A DNA stretch of 62,072 nt, counting the filler, from a candidate division TA06 bacterium SM23_40 (GTDB lineage Bacteria > LJUI01 > SM1-40), in NCBI GenBank assembly GCA_001303705.1. It is 5 parts of 5 records of this genome, joined end to end, with 100 filler letters (N's around TTAATTAATTAA, not from the genome) between each part and the next. Parts side by side here need not be neighbours in the genome. Positions count along the whole stretch, not along the records: positions 1 to 28,212 come from LJUI01000016.1; positions 28,313 to 36,789 come from LJUI01000110.1; positions 36,890 to 45,341 come from LJUI01000111.1; 2 more parts are not named here. One strand, written 5' to 3'. A program made the position numbers and the translations under genes. Numbering within the stretch: the stretch's first letter is position 1; each line of letters opens with the position of its first letter. This document shows positions 26,860 through 37,433 of this stretch, in pieces. Below the pieces are notes generated by a model. That model was not told the origin of the DNA. It was given only the letters and a program-made list of their open reading frames with translations, and ran no database searches.

Positions 26860-28212
26860 CTATGCCATCCCGTATCGCTTGAGCTTCTTGAGAAGACCCT
26901 GTCTTGATACTCCTAACTCTATGGCTGCGCGTGTCTTATTGCCACCGTGCTTGGTGAGGCTTCGCTCGATCATCTCGCGTTCGAGTTCCTGCAGGGCATC
27001 GACTAGCGTCAGCCTGGTCTGTTCTCCGTACAGGTCCCGTTCGACTTCACCGGCAGACGACCGGAGGCTCGGCGAGAAATCGCCCGGCTCGATCTCTTCT
27101 CTATCACCGCACAGTGCCGTAGCACGCTCGACCTCATGTCGCAGCTCACGCACGTTGCCAGGCCACGAGTAGTCCAGCATGACGCGCATGGCAGCTGTTG
27201 AGAACCTCCTCTTCGGGCCCTGAGAGTAGACTTGCAGGAAGTGTTCCGCCAGGAGCTGTATGTCTTCTCGTCTCGTCCGCAGTGGGGGGATCTCGAGACA
27301 GAGCGTATTCAATCGGTAGTACAGGTCTTCACGGAAGCGACCGGCTTCGACCTCGGCCCTCAGGCTCTTGTTCGAAGCAGAGATGAGACGTACATCCACC
27401 TTCCGGGTCTCAGTAGCACCAAGCGCCATGATCTCGCCAGTTTCGAGAACCCGCAGCAACTTCGCCTGTGTACCCGGGCCCATCTCGCTGACCTCATCCA
27501 AGAAGAGTGTCCCCCGGTGGGCCACTTCAAGCAGACCCCGTTTGTCCTCAACCGCGCCCGTGAATGCACCCTTCCGATGACCGAAGAGTTCGCTCTCCAG
27601 CAACGTCTCAGGAAGGGCAGCGCAGTTGAGCACCACAAACCGCTCGCCGCGCCGCTTGCTGTTATAGTGGATGGCTCGCGCGACCAGCTCCTTGCCAGTA
27701 CCGGTTTCGCCTTCGAGCAGAACGGGCATCGGCCTGTCCACGACTTTCAGGACAGTGTCCAGAAGATCAATCATGTTACGGTTCTGGGTGATGATGTTCC
27801 CGAACTGCGACCGTTCCTCGAGTTGACGGCGCAACAGCAGATTCTGCCTGATAAGCTCTTCATCCCGCATTGCCACCAGCTTGAGTGCAACCACTCCGGA
27901 GAACAGAATGAATGTCTCGAGATCGCGCTGACCGAACGCAGGGGGAGAATTCTCTTGCAGACGGTCGATGTATACGAAGCCGTCAACGGTGCCGTCAATC
28001 CCGACAGGAATCATCATCAGACTCGCGATTCTGTCCGCCCCCCCAGGGATCCCATGGAACCGCTCGTCCACACCTACCTGCGTGGAGATGATCGGTCGTC
28101 GCAGGGCAACCTCTTCGCCCTCGAGCGATCCGGTGAGCCACGTGAGAAGCTTCGATGCCTCCTCCTTTCGCAGCTGGTGGCTCTCGACAACTCGACACCC
28201 ATCCGCCTCAGC
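26860..28212 (-). CDS. GAF-containing sigma54-dependent activator (5' truncated by gap)
   Basis: Frame is open to the gap; GAF end, GETGTGKE, GAFTGA, WPGNVREL and Fis HTH. Confidence 0.92.
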   Translation of the reverse strand, partial: AEADGCRVVESHQLRKEEASKLLTWLTGSLEGEEVALRRPIISTQVGVDERFHGIPGGADRIASLMMIPVGIDGTVDGFVYIDRLQENSPPAFGQRDLETFILFSGVVALKLVAMRDEELIRQNLLLRRQLEERSQFGNIITQNRNMIDLLDTVLKVVDRPMPVLLEGETGTGKELVARAIHYNSKRRGERFVVLNCAALPETLLESELFGHRKGAFTGAVEDKRGLLEVAHRGTLFLDEVSEMGPGTQAKLLRVLETGEIMALGATETRKVDVRLISASNKSLRAEVEAGRFREDLYYRLNTLCLEIPPLRTRREDIQLLAEHFLQVYSQGPKRRFSTAAMRVMLDYSWPGNVRELRHEVERATALCGDREEIEPGDFSPSLRSSAGEVERDLYGEQTRLTLVDALQELEREMIERSLTKHGGNKTRAAIELGVSRQGLLKKLKRYGMA

Positions 28213-28312
28213 NNNNNNNNNNNNNNNNNNNNNNNNNNNNNNNNNNNNNNNNNNNNTTAATTAATTAANNNNNNNNNNNNNNNNNNNNNNNNNNNNNNNN
28301 NNNNNNNNNNNN
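28213..28312. other. Artificial contig spacer
   Basis: N run + TTAATTAATTAA (stops in all six frames) + N run. Confidence 0.97.
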
Positions 28313-29864
28313 CCCCGGGAAGCACCGCGATCGCCGGAGCAGGCGGCGGGTCAGGACCCCGAAAGTCGGGAACACCGTCCCCGGTCAGCCATGTCGTATC
28401 CCCGAACGCATCGACCGCATAGTCGCCGAAATACTCATCCCCATCGGTGTCCACCCCCGGATTGTCATAGACCGTATACGCCCAGCTCGCATTCACCGCC
28501 AGGTCGCCAAAGTCATAATGACCCTCATAGTCCGCAGGCCCGTTGGGAATCACCGCATCCCGGTGAAATCCCTCTCCCCCGATGTAGGCCAGCGTGATGG
28601 GGACCGAGTCACCGGGCGCGAAATACCACTGCGAGGGATCCTCCGGATCCCGACCCTCGGGGTACACCGGGCCGAACGAGAGCACATACCTGGTGTCTTT
28701 CTCCACCGCGAAATCCCCGTTCACCGGATCGAGCTGGTCAGGGTCGAAGTAGCCGTTCGACAGGATGATGTACTTCTGCTGGTCTGTCTCAGGTGTGCCG
28801 ACGACGTCGTGCGGATTCGTCAGATCAGCTGGGCCCCAGTCCTCATCTGCGTTCTGGTTGGAATACCACCAGTTATACGAGGTCGTCAGATTCGGGTTCG
28901 GCGTGCGGAGAACGCGCGTCCCCGTCACGTCCGGCGTCGGCCAGTTATCAGGGCGCGAGAACCCCGAGGCATCGGCAATCCAGGCGACATTGATCACCTC
29001 GGCGGGCGACTCGGTCTTACCCTGCCCGCTCACATCGATCCCACCCGGGTTCAGTTGTGAGTAGAACGTCGTCCCATCCGGCCACAGCGTATCGCTCAGA
29101 TCGCGCCACCGGCGGAACCCCGTCACATCATCCTGGGCCTTGTCCCAATACTCCCCGAAGTGACCGCAGTCGGCATCGAGGTACAGCCCCATGTACAGGG
29201 CCCGCAGCGTGTCCCCTCCAATGTTCTTCAGCCAGAAGTCGAAGATGACGAAATCCTGTGAGTAGGAGTAGCTCCAGGCATAGCTCCGCTGGGTGATCTC
29301 GAGCCCCAGGGGCTCGTGGTCCGGGCCCACGTACGCGGGCCACGTGGCGGCCGTACCGGTGTCGTTGTAGTAGGCGACGAAGTCCTGCTCGGAGATCGCC
29401 GCCGTATCATAGTGAGGCGACGTCGGACGGATCGAACGCTCCGCCATCTCGTCCTTGTAGTCATCGATCCCGTCCAGCGGGCCGGGGTACAGCTCGTAGT
29501 GCGGGCCTGCCCATCCCTCACATCCCGTCGACACGAGCGTATCACCCTGTTCATTGATCGAACCGAGCCACAGGCCACCCCAGAACAGATAGCACGTATT
29601 CGAGTACGCGGGGAAGATACAGGAATTCCAGTTGAGATCATACTCAGAACCGAAAAATCCCCAGTTCGTCACGGTGAGCCAGAGCTCCCCCACTTCGTGG
29701 TCGATCCGCTCCGTATTCGGATCGGCGAGCATTGAACTGGCCAGTAGCGAACCAGATCTTCCACGAGATGCCCCTGGTTCGCCAGCGGCGGGCATGCCGA
29801 TGGCGACATCCGCCGCGACACCCACGGACAAGACCAAAGCCACAATGATAGAGATTCTGCTCAT
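28313..29864 (-). CDS. Large secreted acidic protein of unknown function (3' truncated)
   Basis: Signal peptide; TNWGFFG, YLFWGGLWLG, SEQDF, LGLEITQRSYAWSYSY and GDGVPDFRGP segments; GGAGG RBS; upstream TTGACG-N18-TATAGT. Confidence 0.8.
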
Positions 29865-29964
29865 GACACCGGCCTCCCGTTAACACGTGAGATGCCCATT
29901 CGGACGGCGGGAATTCCCGCCCGTGGGCCACTATACCACGCGTCTCTCCTGCACGTCAATCAGA

Positions 29965-32900
29965 TTATGAGCTGCCACTCCCCGTATATTGACGGCGTCT
30001 CGAACGCCTCTCCTCTACCATGGTGTAGAGTACGGGAATGACGACAAGAGTGAGAAGGCCCGAGACAGAGAGCCCTCCGATCACGGCGCGCGCCATGGGG
30101 GCGCGGAGCTCCGCCCCGGACCCCAACCCCAGCGCCATAGGGGTGAGGCCGAGGACCGTCGTGCATGTTGTCATGAGTATCGGCCGCAGCCGCCTCCTTC
30201 CTGCCTCCACGACCGCCTCTCGAACGGCACTGCCGCGCGTGCGCAGAAGATTCGTGTAGTCGATGTACACTATGGCGTTGTTGACAACGATTCCGGACAC
30301 CATGATGAGCCCGAGAAATGCCTCTATGTCGAATGCCGTATGAGTGAGAAAGAGTATCCATATCACGCCGATGACCGCGAGCGGAATCGTGAAGATGATC
30401 AGAAACGGATGGAGAAGCGACTCGAACTGAGACGCCATGACGAGATAGACGAGAATGACCGCGATCAAGAAGACCTGTGCCAGGTTGGCGAACGATTCCT
30501 GCATCTGCTCGAACGAACCGCCGTAGTGGAGCGAGAATCCGGCGGGAAGCGAGAGCGTGTCCAGCTCTGCCGCAACCTCCCTCATGACGCTCCCGAGGTC
30601 CCTCCCTGACAGCGCTGCACTCACGACGACGACCCGCTGCTGGTCCCTCCGCTCGATCTCCGCTGGACCCTGATCCTCCACGATGTCGACCACGTTCCGG
30701 AGTGGAACGTCAACGCCGTTGCGGGTCGTGACCGTTATGGCATCCAGATCGCTGAACCCGTCTCGTGCGCCCTCGGCAAGCCGTACCCTGAGATCGTACT
30801 CCTGCTCGCCCTCGCGATATTGTGTCACGACCACTCCATCGACCTTCGCCCGTATGGCTGCTCCCACCGTCGCGGGATCGAGATCGAGTACACCGAGCCG
30901 CTCCCTGTCCATCTCAAGTCTCAGTTCCGGCTTCCCCTCTTCCCGGCTGGTACGCACATCTGCCGTGCCCGGAATATCCTCGATGATCTCCGCTATGCGG
31001 CGCGATAACCGCCGCGAATCATCCAGATCGTACCCGCGGATCTCGATCGCGACGGGGGCCCCGCCGCCGAGGATTGCCGCATGGAACTCGTCGCCCCCGA
31101 ACGTAACCTCGAGTCCCGGGATAGACTGCACCAGCGGCCTCAGCTCCCTCTCCACCTCCTGAGTCGTGCGTCTCCTCTCCCGCCGGGGGACGAGCTGGAG
31201 CCGCAGACGCCCGGAATGGGAACCACGCAGCCCCTGGAACGCACTCCACGCCTCCTCGCCCGCCCCAACCTGGGAGGACATATTCTCGAGCTCGGGCACG
31301 TTTTCCTGCACGATCTGCTCGAGCATCGCCATCCTCTCGGTCGTCACCTCCAGCGGCGTCCCAACCGGCATCTCCGCGGCCATCTCGATTGCTCCCTGAT
31401 CGATGTCCGGCATGAACTCCACATCTATGAGCCTGAGCCGAACCACCACGAGGCTCATAATCAACAGAGCAGCCGCGCCAGCAATCACCGCCCATCGACG
31501 GCGCAGCGCACGCTGGATCAGACGGTAATAAACCTCATCCATTCGGGCGAATGCCCTCACCGACACGTCGTACAGCCTTCCCGTCGCGGCCCCGCGATTT
31601 TCGCTCGGCTTCCGGAGCTCCAGAATCTGGCTCGACAACGTGGGGACCAGTGTCAGCGCAACAACGAGAGAAGACGTAATAGCGAATACCACCGTGAGAG
31701 AGAGCTCCTTGAAGAAGATCCCGGCGAGCCCCTCGGCCATAAGCAGCGGCAGGAAGACAGCGAGCGTGGTGAGGGTCGAGGCCGTGATCGCGGTCCCCAC
31801 TTCGCTCGTGCCCACGACCGCGGCATCGCGGCGCGCGGTGCCCGCCTCGCGGTGTCGAAAGATGTTTTCCAGGACGACGATGGCGTTGTCGACGACCATG
31901 CCGATGCCGAGCGCCAGCCCGCTGAGCGACATCATGTTGAGGGTGAGGCCGAAGAGCTTCATCCCGACAAACGAGACGACGACCGCCACCGGAATAGCGA
32001 GGGAGACGATGAATGTCGAGCGGAGATTACGAAGGAAGAAGAGGAGGACGAGAATCGCCAGGAATGCCCCGCTGATGATCACCTCTCGCACGCTGGCGAT
32101 GGAGGTCTGAACGAAGGTCGCCGAGTCCATCAGCACCCGCGTCGAGACGTTCTGCGAAGCCAACTCTCTCTCAATTCGAGCGAGCGCCTCCCGCGCTTCC
32201 CGGGACACCATCACACTATTGGCTCCCGATTTCTTCTGGACCATAATCATGACGGCCGGGTGTCCGTCGATCCGCACCTCGTCAGAGGTCTCCCTGAAGC
32301 CGTCTTTCACATCACCAACATCCGCGACCCGTACGAGCACGTCACCGCGCTTTGCCACCACCACATCTTCGATCTCCGCAACCGACGAAAATTCCCCCAC
32401 CGATCTCAGGACATACTCTCTGCCTGCCCGTTCGACACGTCCGACCGGGGAATTGACGTTGGCAGCGCTTAGCGCGTCCGTGACCTGGCCGACGGAGATC
32501 GATCGTGCGCCGAGGAGATCGGGATCGAGCACGACTTGAATCTCGCGCTCCAGACCGCCCCACACCTCCACCGCGGCGATTCCCTCTATCCGCTCCAGCC
32601 TGGGCTCGAAGACCTCGCTCGCCAGGCGGTAGAGCTCAGCGGGGTTACGCCCGCCGAATGCCCCGATGAAGAGAATCGGGATCGACGATGGGTTGATCTT
32701 GAGAATGACTGGATCTGTCACATCTCGCGGCAGATCACCCCGGTAGAACTCCATCGCCTCCCTCAGATCTAGGGCAGCTTGGTCGAGGTCTGTTCCCCAC
32801 TCGAACTGCACCGTGAGAAATGAGATATTCTCCTGGGACATTGACGTGACCCGGCGCACATTCTCGACGGTGCTCACTGCCTCTTCGAGCGGCCGCGTGA

Positions 32901-33087
32901 CAGTCGATTCGACTGTCTGCGGTCCTGCCCCGCCGTAAGTCGTCGCGATGATCACGGTGGGGAGATCGATATCAGGAAAGGCATCGATCGGAAGGCGGGA
33001 CAAAGACACCAACCCGATGACAGAGAGGCCAATGAAAAACATCACGGTGGTGACCGGCCTTCGAACCGCTATCTCGGCGATCTTCAC
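29965..33087 (-). CDS. RND efflux permease (AcrB/AcrD/AcrF family)
   Basis: 1040 aa; GMVVDNAIVVLENI, GIVVNNAIV and RLRPILMT motifs. Confidence 0.95.
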   Translation of the reverse strand: MKIAEIAVRRPVTTVMFFIGLSVIGLVSLSRLPIDAFPDIDLPTVIIATTYGGAGPQTVESTVTRPLEEAVSTVENVRRVTSMSQENISFLTVQFEWGTDLDQAALDLREAMEFYRGDLPRDVTDPVILKINPSSIPILFIGAFGGRNPAELYRLASEVFEPRLERIEGIAAVEVWGGLEREIQVVLDPDLLGARSISVGQVTDALSAANVNSPVGRVERAGREYVLRSVGEFSSVAEIEDVVVAKRGDVLVRVADVGDVKDGFRETSDEVRIDGHPAVMIMVQKKSGANSVMVSREAREALARIERELASQNVSTRVLMDSATFVQTSIASVREVIISGAFLAILVLLFFLRNLRSTFIVSLAIPVAVVVSFVGMKLFGLTLNMMSLSGLALGIGMVVDNAIVVLENIFRHREAGTARRDAAVVGTSEVGTAITASTLTTLAVFLPLLMAEGLAGIFFKELSLTVVFAITSSLVVALTLVPTLSSQILELRKPSENRGAATGRLYDVSVRAFARMDEVYYRLIQRALRRRWAVIAGAAALLIMSLVVVRLRLIDVEFMPDIDQGAIEMAAEMPVGTPLEVTTERMAMLEQIVQENVPELENMSSQVGAGEEAWSAFQGLRGSHSGRLRLQLVPRRERRRTTQEVERELRPLVQSIPGLEVTFGGDEFHAAILGGGAPVAIEIRGYDLDDSRRLSRRIAEIIEDIPGTADVRTSREEGKPELRLEMDRERLGVLDLDPATVGAAIRAKVDGVVVTQYREGEQEYDLRVRLAEGARDGFSDLDAITVTTRNGVDVPLRNVVDIVEDQGPAEIERRDQQRVVVVSAALSGRDLGSVMREVAAELDTLSLPAGFSLHYGGSFEQMQESFANLAQVFLIAVILVYLVMASQFESLLHPFLIIFTIPLAVIGVIWILFLTHTAFDIEAFLGLIMVSGIVVNNAIVYIDYTNLLRTRGSAVREAVVEAGRRRLRPILMTTCTTVLGLTPMALGLGSGAELRAPMARAVIGGLSVSGLLTLVVIPVLYTMVEERRSRRRQYTGSGSS

Positions 33088-33989
33088 CGGTTCATCTCCT
33101 CTCGATATATGCGCACTCTCGATCCCTGCTCAAGCCTTGCCTGGCCCACGGTGATCACCTGCTCACCCTCTGCCACTCCTGAGGTGACCTCAACAGCCTC
33201 CATCCCCTCGAGGCCCGTGACGATCTGGCGGACGGAGACCGTGTCCCCCACGACCACGAACACATGGTATCGACCATCCTCACGAATGAGTGCACGGTAC
33301 GGCATCGTCAGCACATCATCACGCCGCTCGGCAGTCAGCGTCACTCGAGCGAGCATGCCGGGGCGAAGCTCCACTACGCGTTCGGAAAGAGCGATCTCCA
33401 CCGGTGCGGTTTGCGATTCCTCATCGACCATCGGACTCACCTGTGTCACGCGTCCGGGGATGGGCCGTCGGGAGACAGCACCGACTACCACCCGGGCATC
33501 CTGCCCTGGTGCGATGAACGGCAAATCTTGTTCAATGGACTGAGCGATCACCTTGGTCGCATTGAGATTGACAATCGTGGCGACGCGCGTGGCGGGAGAG
33601 ACGCTCTCACCAGGGTCGACCCACAGTCGACCCACGACGCCCCTGATCGGTGCCTCCACCGGCGCCAATGCGAAGTCAAATCCGACCTCATCTCTATCGA
33701 CCTCGAATAGGACGGCGCCACCTGCCACAGATTGACCTTCCTTCACGAGGCGCCGAGCGATCTTGCCAGTCACTTTCGGGAAGACATCCACCTCCTGGCC
33801 GGCGTGAACCTTTCCCAGGAGCGTGAGAGTCCGCTCGACATCACCCCGAACGACAGTAGCTGCCTCGACCATCGGGATCACTTCCCCCGCTGCCTCTTCG
33901 AGAGAGTTCATTCTCGATCTCGTCACAACTCTCGCAACAATGAGGAGAGCGAGAAGCACAAGTATCACAACCAAGACGATGCGACCCAT
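33084..33989 (-). CDS. RND periplasmic adaptor (membrane fusion protein)
   Basis: N-terminal TM, lipoyl-like halves, LRPGM motif; overlaps the permease start. Confidence 0.9.
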   Translation of the reverse strand: MGRIVLVVILVLLALLIVARVVTRSRMNSLEEAAGEVIPMVEAATVVRGDVERTLTLLGKVHAGQEVDVFPKVTGKIARRLVKEGQSVAGGAVLFEVDRDEVGFDFALAPVEAPIRGVVGRLWVDPGESVSPATRVATIVNLNATKVIAQSIEQDLPFIAPGQDARVVVGAVSRRPIPGRVTQVSPMVDEESQTAPVEIALSERVVELRPGMLARVTLTAERRDDVLTMPYRALIREDGRYHVFVVVGDTVSVRQIVTGLEGMEAVEVTSGVAEGEQVITVGQARLEQGSRVRIYREEMNR

Positions 33990-34010
33990 ATCTGCCTCCA
34001 TTCACAGCCG

Positions 34011-35456
34011 TCAGGAGTCCTCCCCCACAGCGCCTTCGCCGATCCCCTCCGAACCCCACATGTCGCGGCCCACAGCACGCACAAGACTCGCCCTCGCGAT
34101 GAGGAAGTCCGAGACCGCGCCCAGATAGTTCGTCCTCGCCTGCGTGAGGGCCAGCTGGGTATCCATCACCTCGAGGCTCGTCGCCATCCCGTTCCGGAAC
34201 CTCACCTCCGCGATGCGCAGGCTCTCCTCAGCCTGTCCCACAGTCTCCTGCTGCGAGGCAAGTGTCTCCTGCGCTTCCATGAGTCGGAGGTACGCGGTAC
34301 GCACCTCAAGCTCGACGCCGTCCTCGAGGACAGTGAGTGAGAGCTCGAGATCTCTCAATGATGATTTCGCCCGCGCTACAGCACCCCTGGTCCTGAACCC
34401 GTCGAAGATCGGTATCGTCACACCAACGGTCGCCCGGATATCTCTCCCCCAGTCCTCGCTGAAGTAGAACGGCCGCTGATAGACGTATGCAGCACTCGCG
34501 AAGAACGTCGGTTTGTTCTGTGCCTGAGCGATCGAGAGAGCACGCGCCGCGATAGAGCGACGGCGGCGCAACGACTCGAGGGCGGGACGCATCGCCAATG
34601 CCTGTTCGATCGCCTCGACGAGATCGACCTCGGCCGGACCTACGACGAGCTCACCTTGTACCTCGATCTGCGTCGCCAGGTCGATGCCCAGCACCAGCTT
34701 GAGTTGTTGCTCTGCAAGATCCACGGCATTGGCGGCGCGGATCACAGGAGGCTTGGCATTCGCCACCTGCACCTGCGCCCGCAGAAGGTCGAACCTTGAG
34801 GCCAGTCCCTCCCTCTCCCGTGTCTCGACAACCCCGAAGTGTCGCTCCGCCTGGCCCAGGGCATCCCTGGCAACCTTCTCGAATTCGTGTGCCACGATAA
34901 GACCATAGAAAGCGCGCGCTACTTCGTACCGAACGGCCGATTCCATCTCTTCGACGTCGTAGCGGACCGCGTCCAGACCCAGGTCCGCAATCCGGTACGC
35001 GTTGAGGACTCTGCCCCATGACCAGAGGGACTGCGTGACCGAGATACCGGCAGAGTAGTTATTCTCGTACCCCAGGGGCACCTCCACCGCAGGCCCATCA
35101 GCCCCTGCGATCGTCAGCGTGGGGAGCTCGAACTGGCGCGTATAGCTCGCCCCGAGCTCGAAATGAGGCAGGAACCCGCTCCTCGCCTCCATGACCATGC
35201 CCTTGGCGCCGTTCACCTGCTCTCGAGTACGGAGCAGATCGGGATTGTGTTCGAGTGCATATTCGATGGCCTCATCCAGCGTGAAGGCGGAGCCGGAGAA
35301 AGCACTCGATGCGATAGAGGCGAGAATGAGGAGAATAAATGCCGGATTCAGGGTCAGCCGGTCAGCAAGGCCCGAGGGGACCGCTCCGACCGCGACCGAC
35401 CGCACGTCGGTACATCTTGAACGCAACCACCGAAGACTGAGTGAAACGCTTCCCAT
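34011..35456 (-). CDS. TolC-family outer-membrane efflux protein
   Basis: TLDEAIEYALEHNP, IPIFDG and GMATSLEVMD repeats; start at ATG 35456 inferred from an AGGAG RBS. Confidence 0.9.
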   Translation of the reverse strand: MGSVSLSLRWLRSRCTDVRSVAVGAVPSGLADRLTLNPAFILLILASIASSAFSGSAFTLDEAIEYALEHNPDLLRTREQVNGAKGMVMEARSGFLPHFELGASYTRQFELPTLTIAGADGPAVEVPLGYENNYSAGISVTQSLWSWGRVLNAYRIADLGLDAVRYDVEEMESAVRYEVARAFYGLIVAHEFEKVARDALGQAERHFGVVETREREGLASRFDLLRAQVQVANAKPPVIRAANAVDLAEQQLKLVLGIDLATQIEVQGELVVGPAEVDLVEAIEQALAMRPALESLRRRRSIAARALSIAQAQNKPTFFASAAYVYQRPFYFSEDWGRDIRATVGVTIPIFDGFRTRGAVARAKSSLRDLELSLTVLEDGVELEVRTAYLRLMEAQETLASQQETVGQAEESLRIAEVRFRNGMATSLEVMDTQLALTQARTNYLGAVSDFLIARASLVRAVGRDMWGSEGIGEGAVGEDS

Positions 35457-35656
35457 GTCCATGCTCCTGCATCGCCGGGATCTCTTGAACCTGCGACAGA
35501 GGCCACAAGGGGCAGGTGAGATACTGGATCGAGCAGAGTGTTTCTCCGCGATCGGGCGAACAGGCCGGCCTGCGTCATCATCAGGCCCGACCGCCCGCAC
35601 CTCGCACGCGGCGCGCGGCCGTCCGAAATCGCGCCGATATCGTATTCTGGGGGCCG

Positions 35657-36193
35657 CTACAGGAGGGAGACAGGATAGCCGACCCGCCCCGCCACCACGA
35701 AGATCTGCTGCGTCTCAGTCTCACCGAAGACGGCGGCATATCGCCCCATAATGCCGACCACTGCGCCAGGAAGGTCATAATCGACGCCGCCCAGGAAATG
35801 GATTCCGAAATCGTCCTGTTGCTCCCCCCAGTCCTGGCGATGCCATCCACCGCCGGCTCCCAGGTACGGTGTGAGGGGGATCACGGGGAGCGCCATGCGG
35901 TACTTGGCCGTGGTGTACACCGCAAGATGGGAGAACGAATGCTGGACTGTATCGCCCACCTGGGATTTCCAGCCATACTCGACAGAGCCCTCAAGCCCAA
36001 GGAATGGGATGAAGCCGATATCGACATAGCCGCCAACGAGAGGCATTCCCTCGCTGTCGGAGTCCCCGGCAACGTCAAAGCTGCCGTATCCTCCGGAGAC
36101 GCCCACCGTCAAGTGCTGCGCGCGGCCCGTGCCGAGACCCGCTCCCCCCGCGATGATACTGCTGATCAGGACGATGATCGAGAACTCTCTCAT
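35657..36193 (-). CDS. Small outer-membrane beta-barrel protein (OmpA/OmpW-like membrane domain)
   Basis: Signal peptide, alternating beta strands, PYLGAGGG, terminal GRVGY. Confidence 0.7.
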   Translation of the reverse strand: MREFSIIVLISSIIAGGAGLGTGRAQHLTVGVSGGYGSFDVAGDSDSEGMPLVGGYVDIGFIPFLGLEGSVEYGWKSQVGDTVQHSFSHLAVYTTAKYRMALPVIPLTPYLGAGGGWHRQDWGEQQDDFGIHFLGGVDYDLPGAVVGIMGRYAAVFGETETQQIFVVAGRVGYPVSLL

Positions 36194-36262
36194 GGAACGG
36201 TCTCCCTGCCTGGTATCTGCGTGGTGGACTACGGTCCGAGTCGGAACGTAGCTTCCGTTCAC

Positions 36263-36745
36263 CTACATATATGAGGAGACACGAAACGAGTAATCGCGGC
36301 CATCGGCCACGATGTACAGCCTTCCCTCGACGCCAAAACGAGCACCGGACGAGCGCGCGTTGGCGAGAGCGCTCTCATTCACCTCAGTCACGGGGAGTTC
36401 GATGCTTGTCTCGAGTATCTCCCGCCCGGCCGGGGAGATCTGAAGGGGCCCGGGAATGGTCATCGAGACGAGCCGCTCGCCGAGAGCAAAAAGATCCGCA
36501 TCCAACCTGGCGACCTGTACCGGCACCATGTTCGGATTGCGGACTTCGACTCCTATTCTGATACTCACCGAATCGCCAGGCATATCGGTCAGTACGGCGA
36601 CAAGGAGCCGGACCTCACATGTTCTCACCTCTTCTACGTCACCCGTCGTCACACAACCCCACGCCAGAAGGGACACAAGGAAACAACCGACTGCTGCCCA
36701 CATTCGCCGTCTGCCGATCTCCAGCTCCATGTAATGAGTGTCCAA
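36263..36745 (-). CDS. LEA_2/WHy-domain lipoprotein
   Basis: Lipobox-like LAWGC; VRNPN motif. Start uncertain. Confidence 0.65.
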   Translation of the reverse strand: MDTHYMELEIGRRRMWAAVGCFLVSLLAWGCVTTGDVEEVRTCEVRLLVAVLTDMPGDSVSIRIGVEVRNPNMVPVQVARLDADLFALGERLVSMTIPGPLQISPAGREILETSIELPVTEVNESALANARSSGARFGVEGRLYIVADGRDYSFRVSSYM

Positions 36746-36789
36746 GCGGTCGCTGACCCCGAGGATTGGCTGTTCCAGAAGGTGAACCT

Positions 36790-36889
36790 NNNNNNNNNNN
36801 NNNNNNNNNNNNNNNNNNNNNNNNNNNNNNNNNTTAATTAATTAANNNNNNNNNNNNNNNNNNNNNNNNNNNNNNNNNNNNNNNNNNNN
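36790..36889. other. Artificial contig spacer
   Basis: N + TTAATTAATTAA + N. Confidence 0.97.
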
Positions 36890-37325
36890 TATCGAGATCG
36901 GGAGCAAGGAGGGTCGGCTGGTGTTGTGCGGGGAGCGTGCGTCTGGCGATGGGTACTTCATTCAACCTACGATCATAGTTGATGTGCCCCGAGAGGCGCG
37001 GATAGCACAGGAAGAGATATTCGGGCCTGTTCTTGCAGTGATCAAGGCGCGCGACTTCGACGATGCCCTGGCGGTCGCGAATGACACTGACTACGGCCTG
37101 ACTGGCGCCGTCTACACCACGAACGAGGAAAAGATCGAGAAGGCGAGAGAAGTCTTTCACTGCGGCAATCTGTACATAAACCGCAAGTGCACTGGGGCGC
37201 TGGTGGGAGTGCATCCCTTCGGCGGGTTCAACATGTCGGGGACGGACTCCAAGGCCGGCGGGCGGGATTACCTTCTGCTCTTCACCCAGGCAAAGGTCGT
37301 CTCCGCGTTCGTCGGCAAGTCGTAG
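36890..37325 (+). CDS. pruA: L-glutamate gamma-semialdehyde (P5C) dehydrogenase, C-terminal part
   Basis: EEIFGPV, YGLTG and [33 protein letters not shown], typical of RocA/PruA. Confidence 0.85.
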
Positions 37326-37433
37326 AATTGTGAAGGTGCGAGGTGCCGCGCTACAGCAGTGGCGGTCTCGGGCGGGACCGTGCTGAGGTGAGAAGAGGCG
37401 CCGGGAAGACAACAAGGCGGCAGGAGTGCCTAT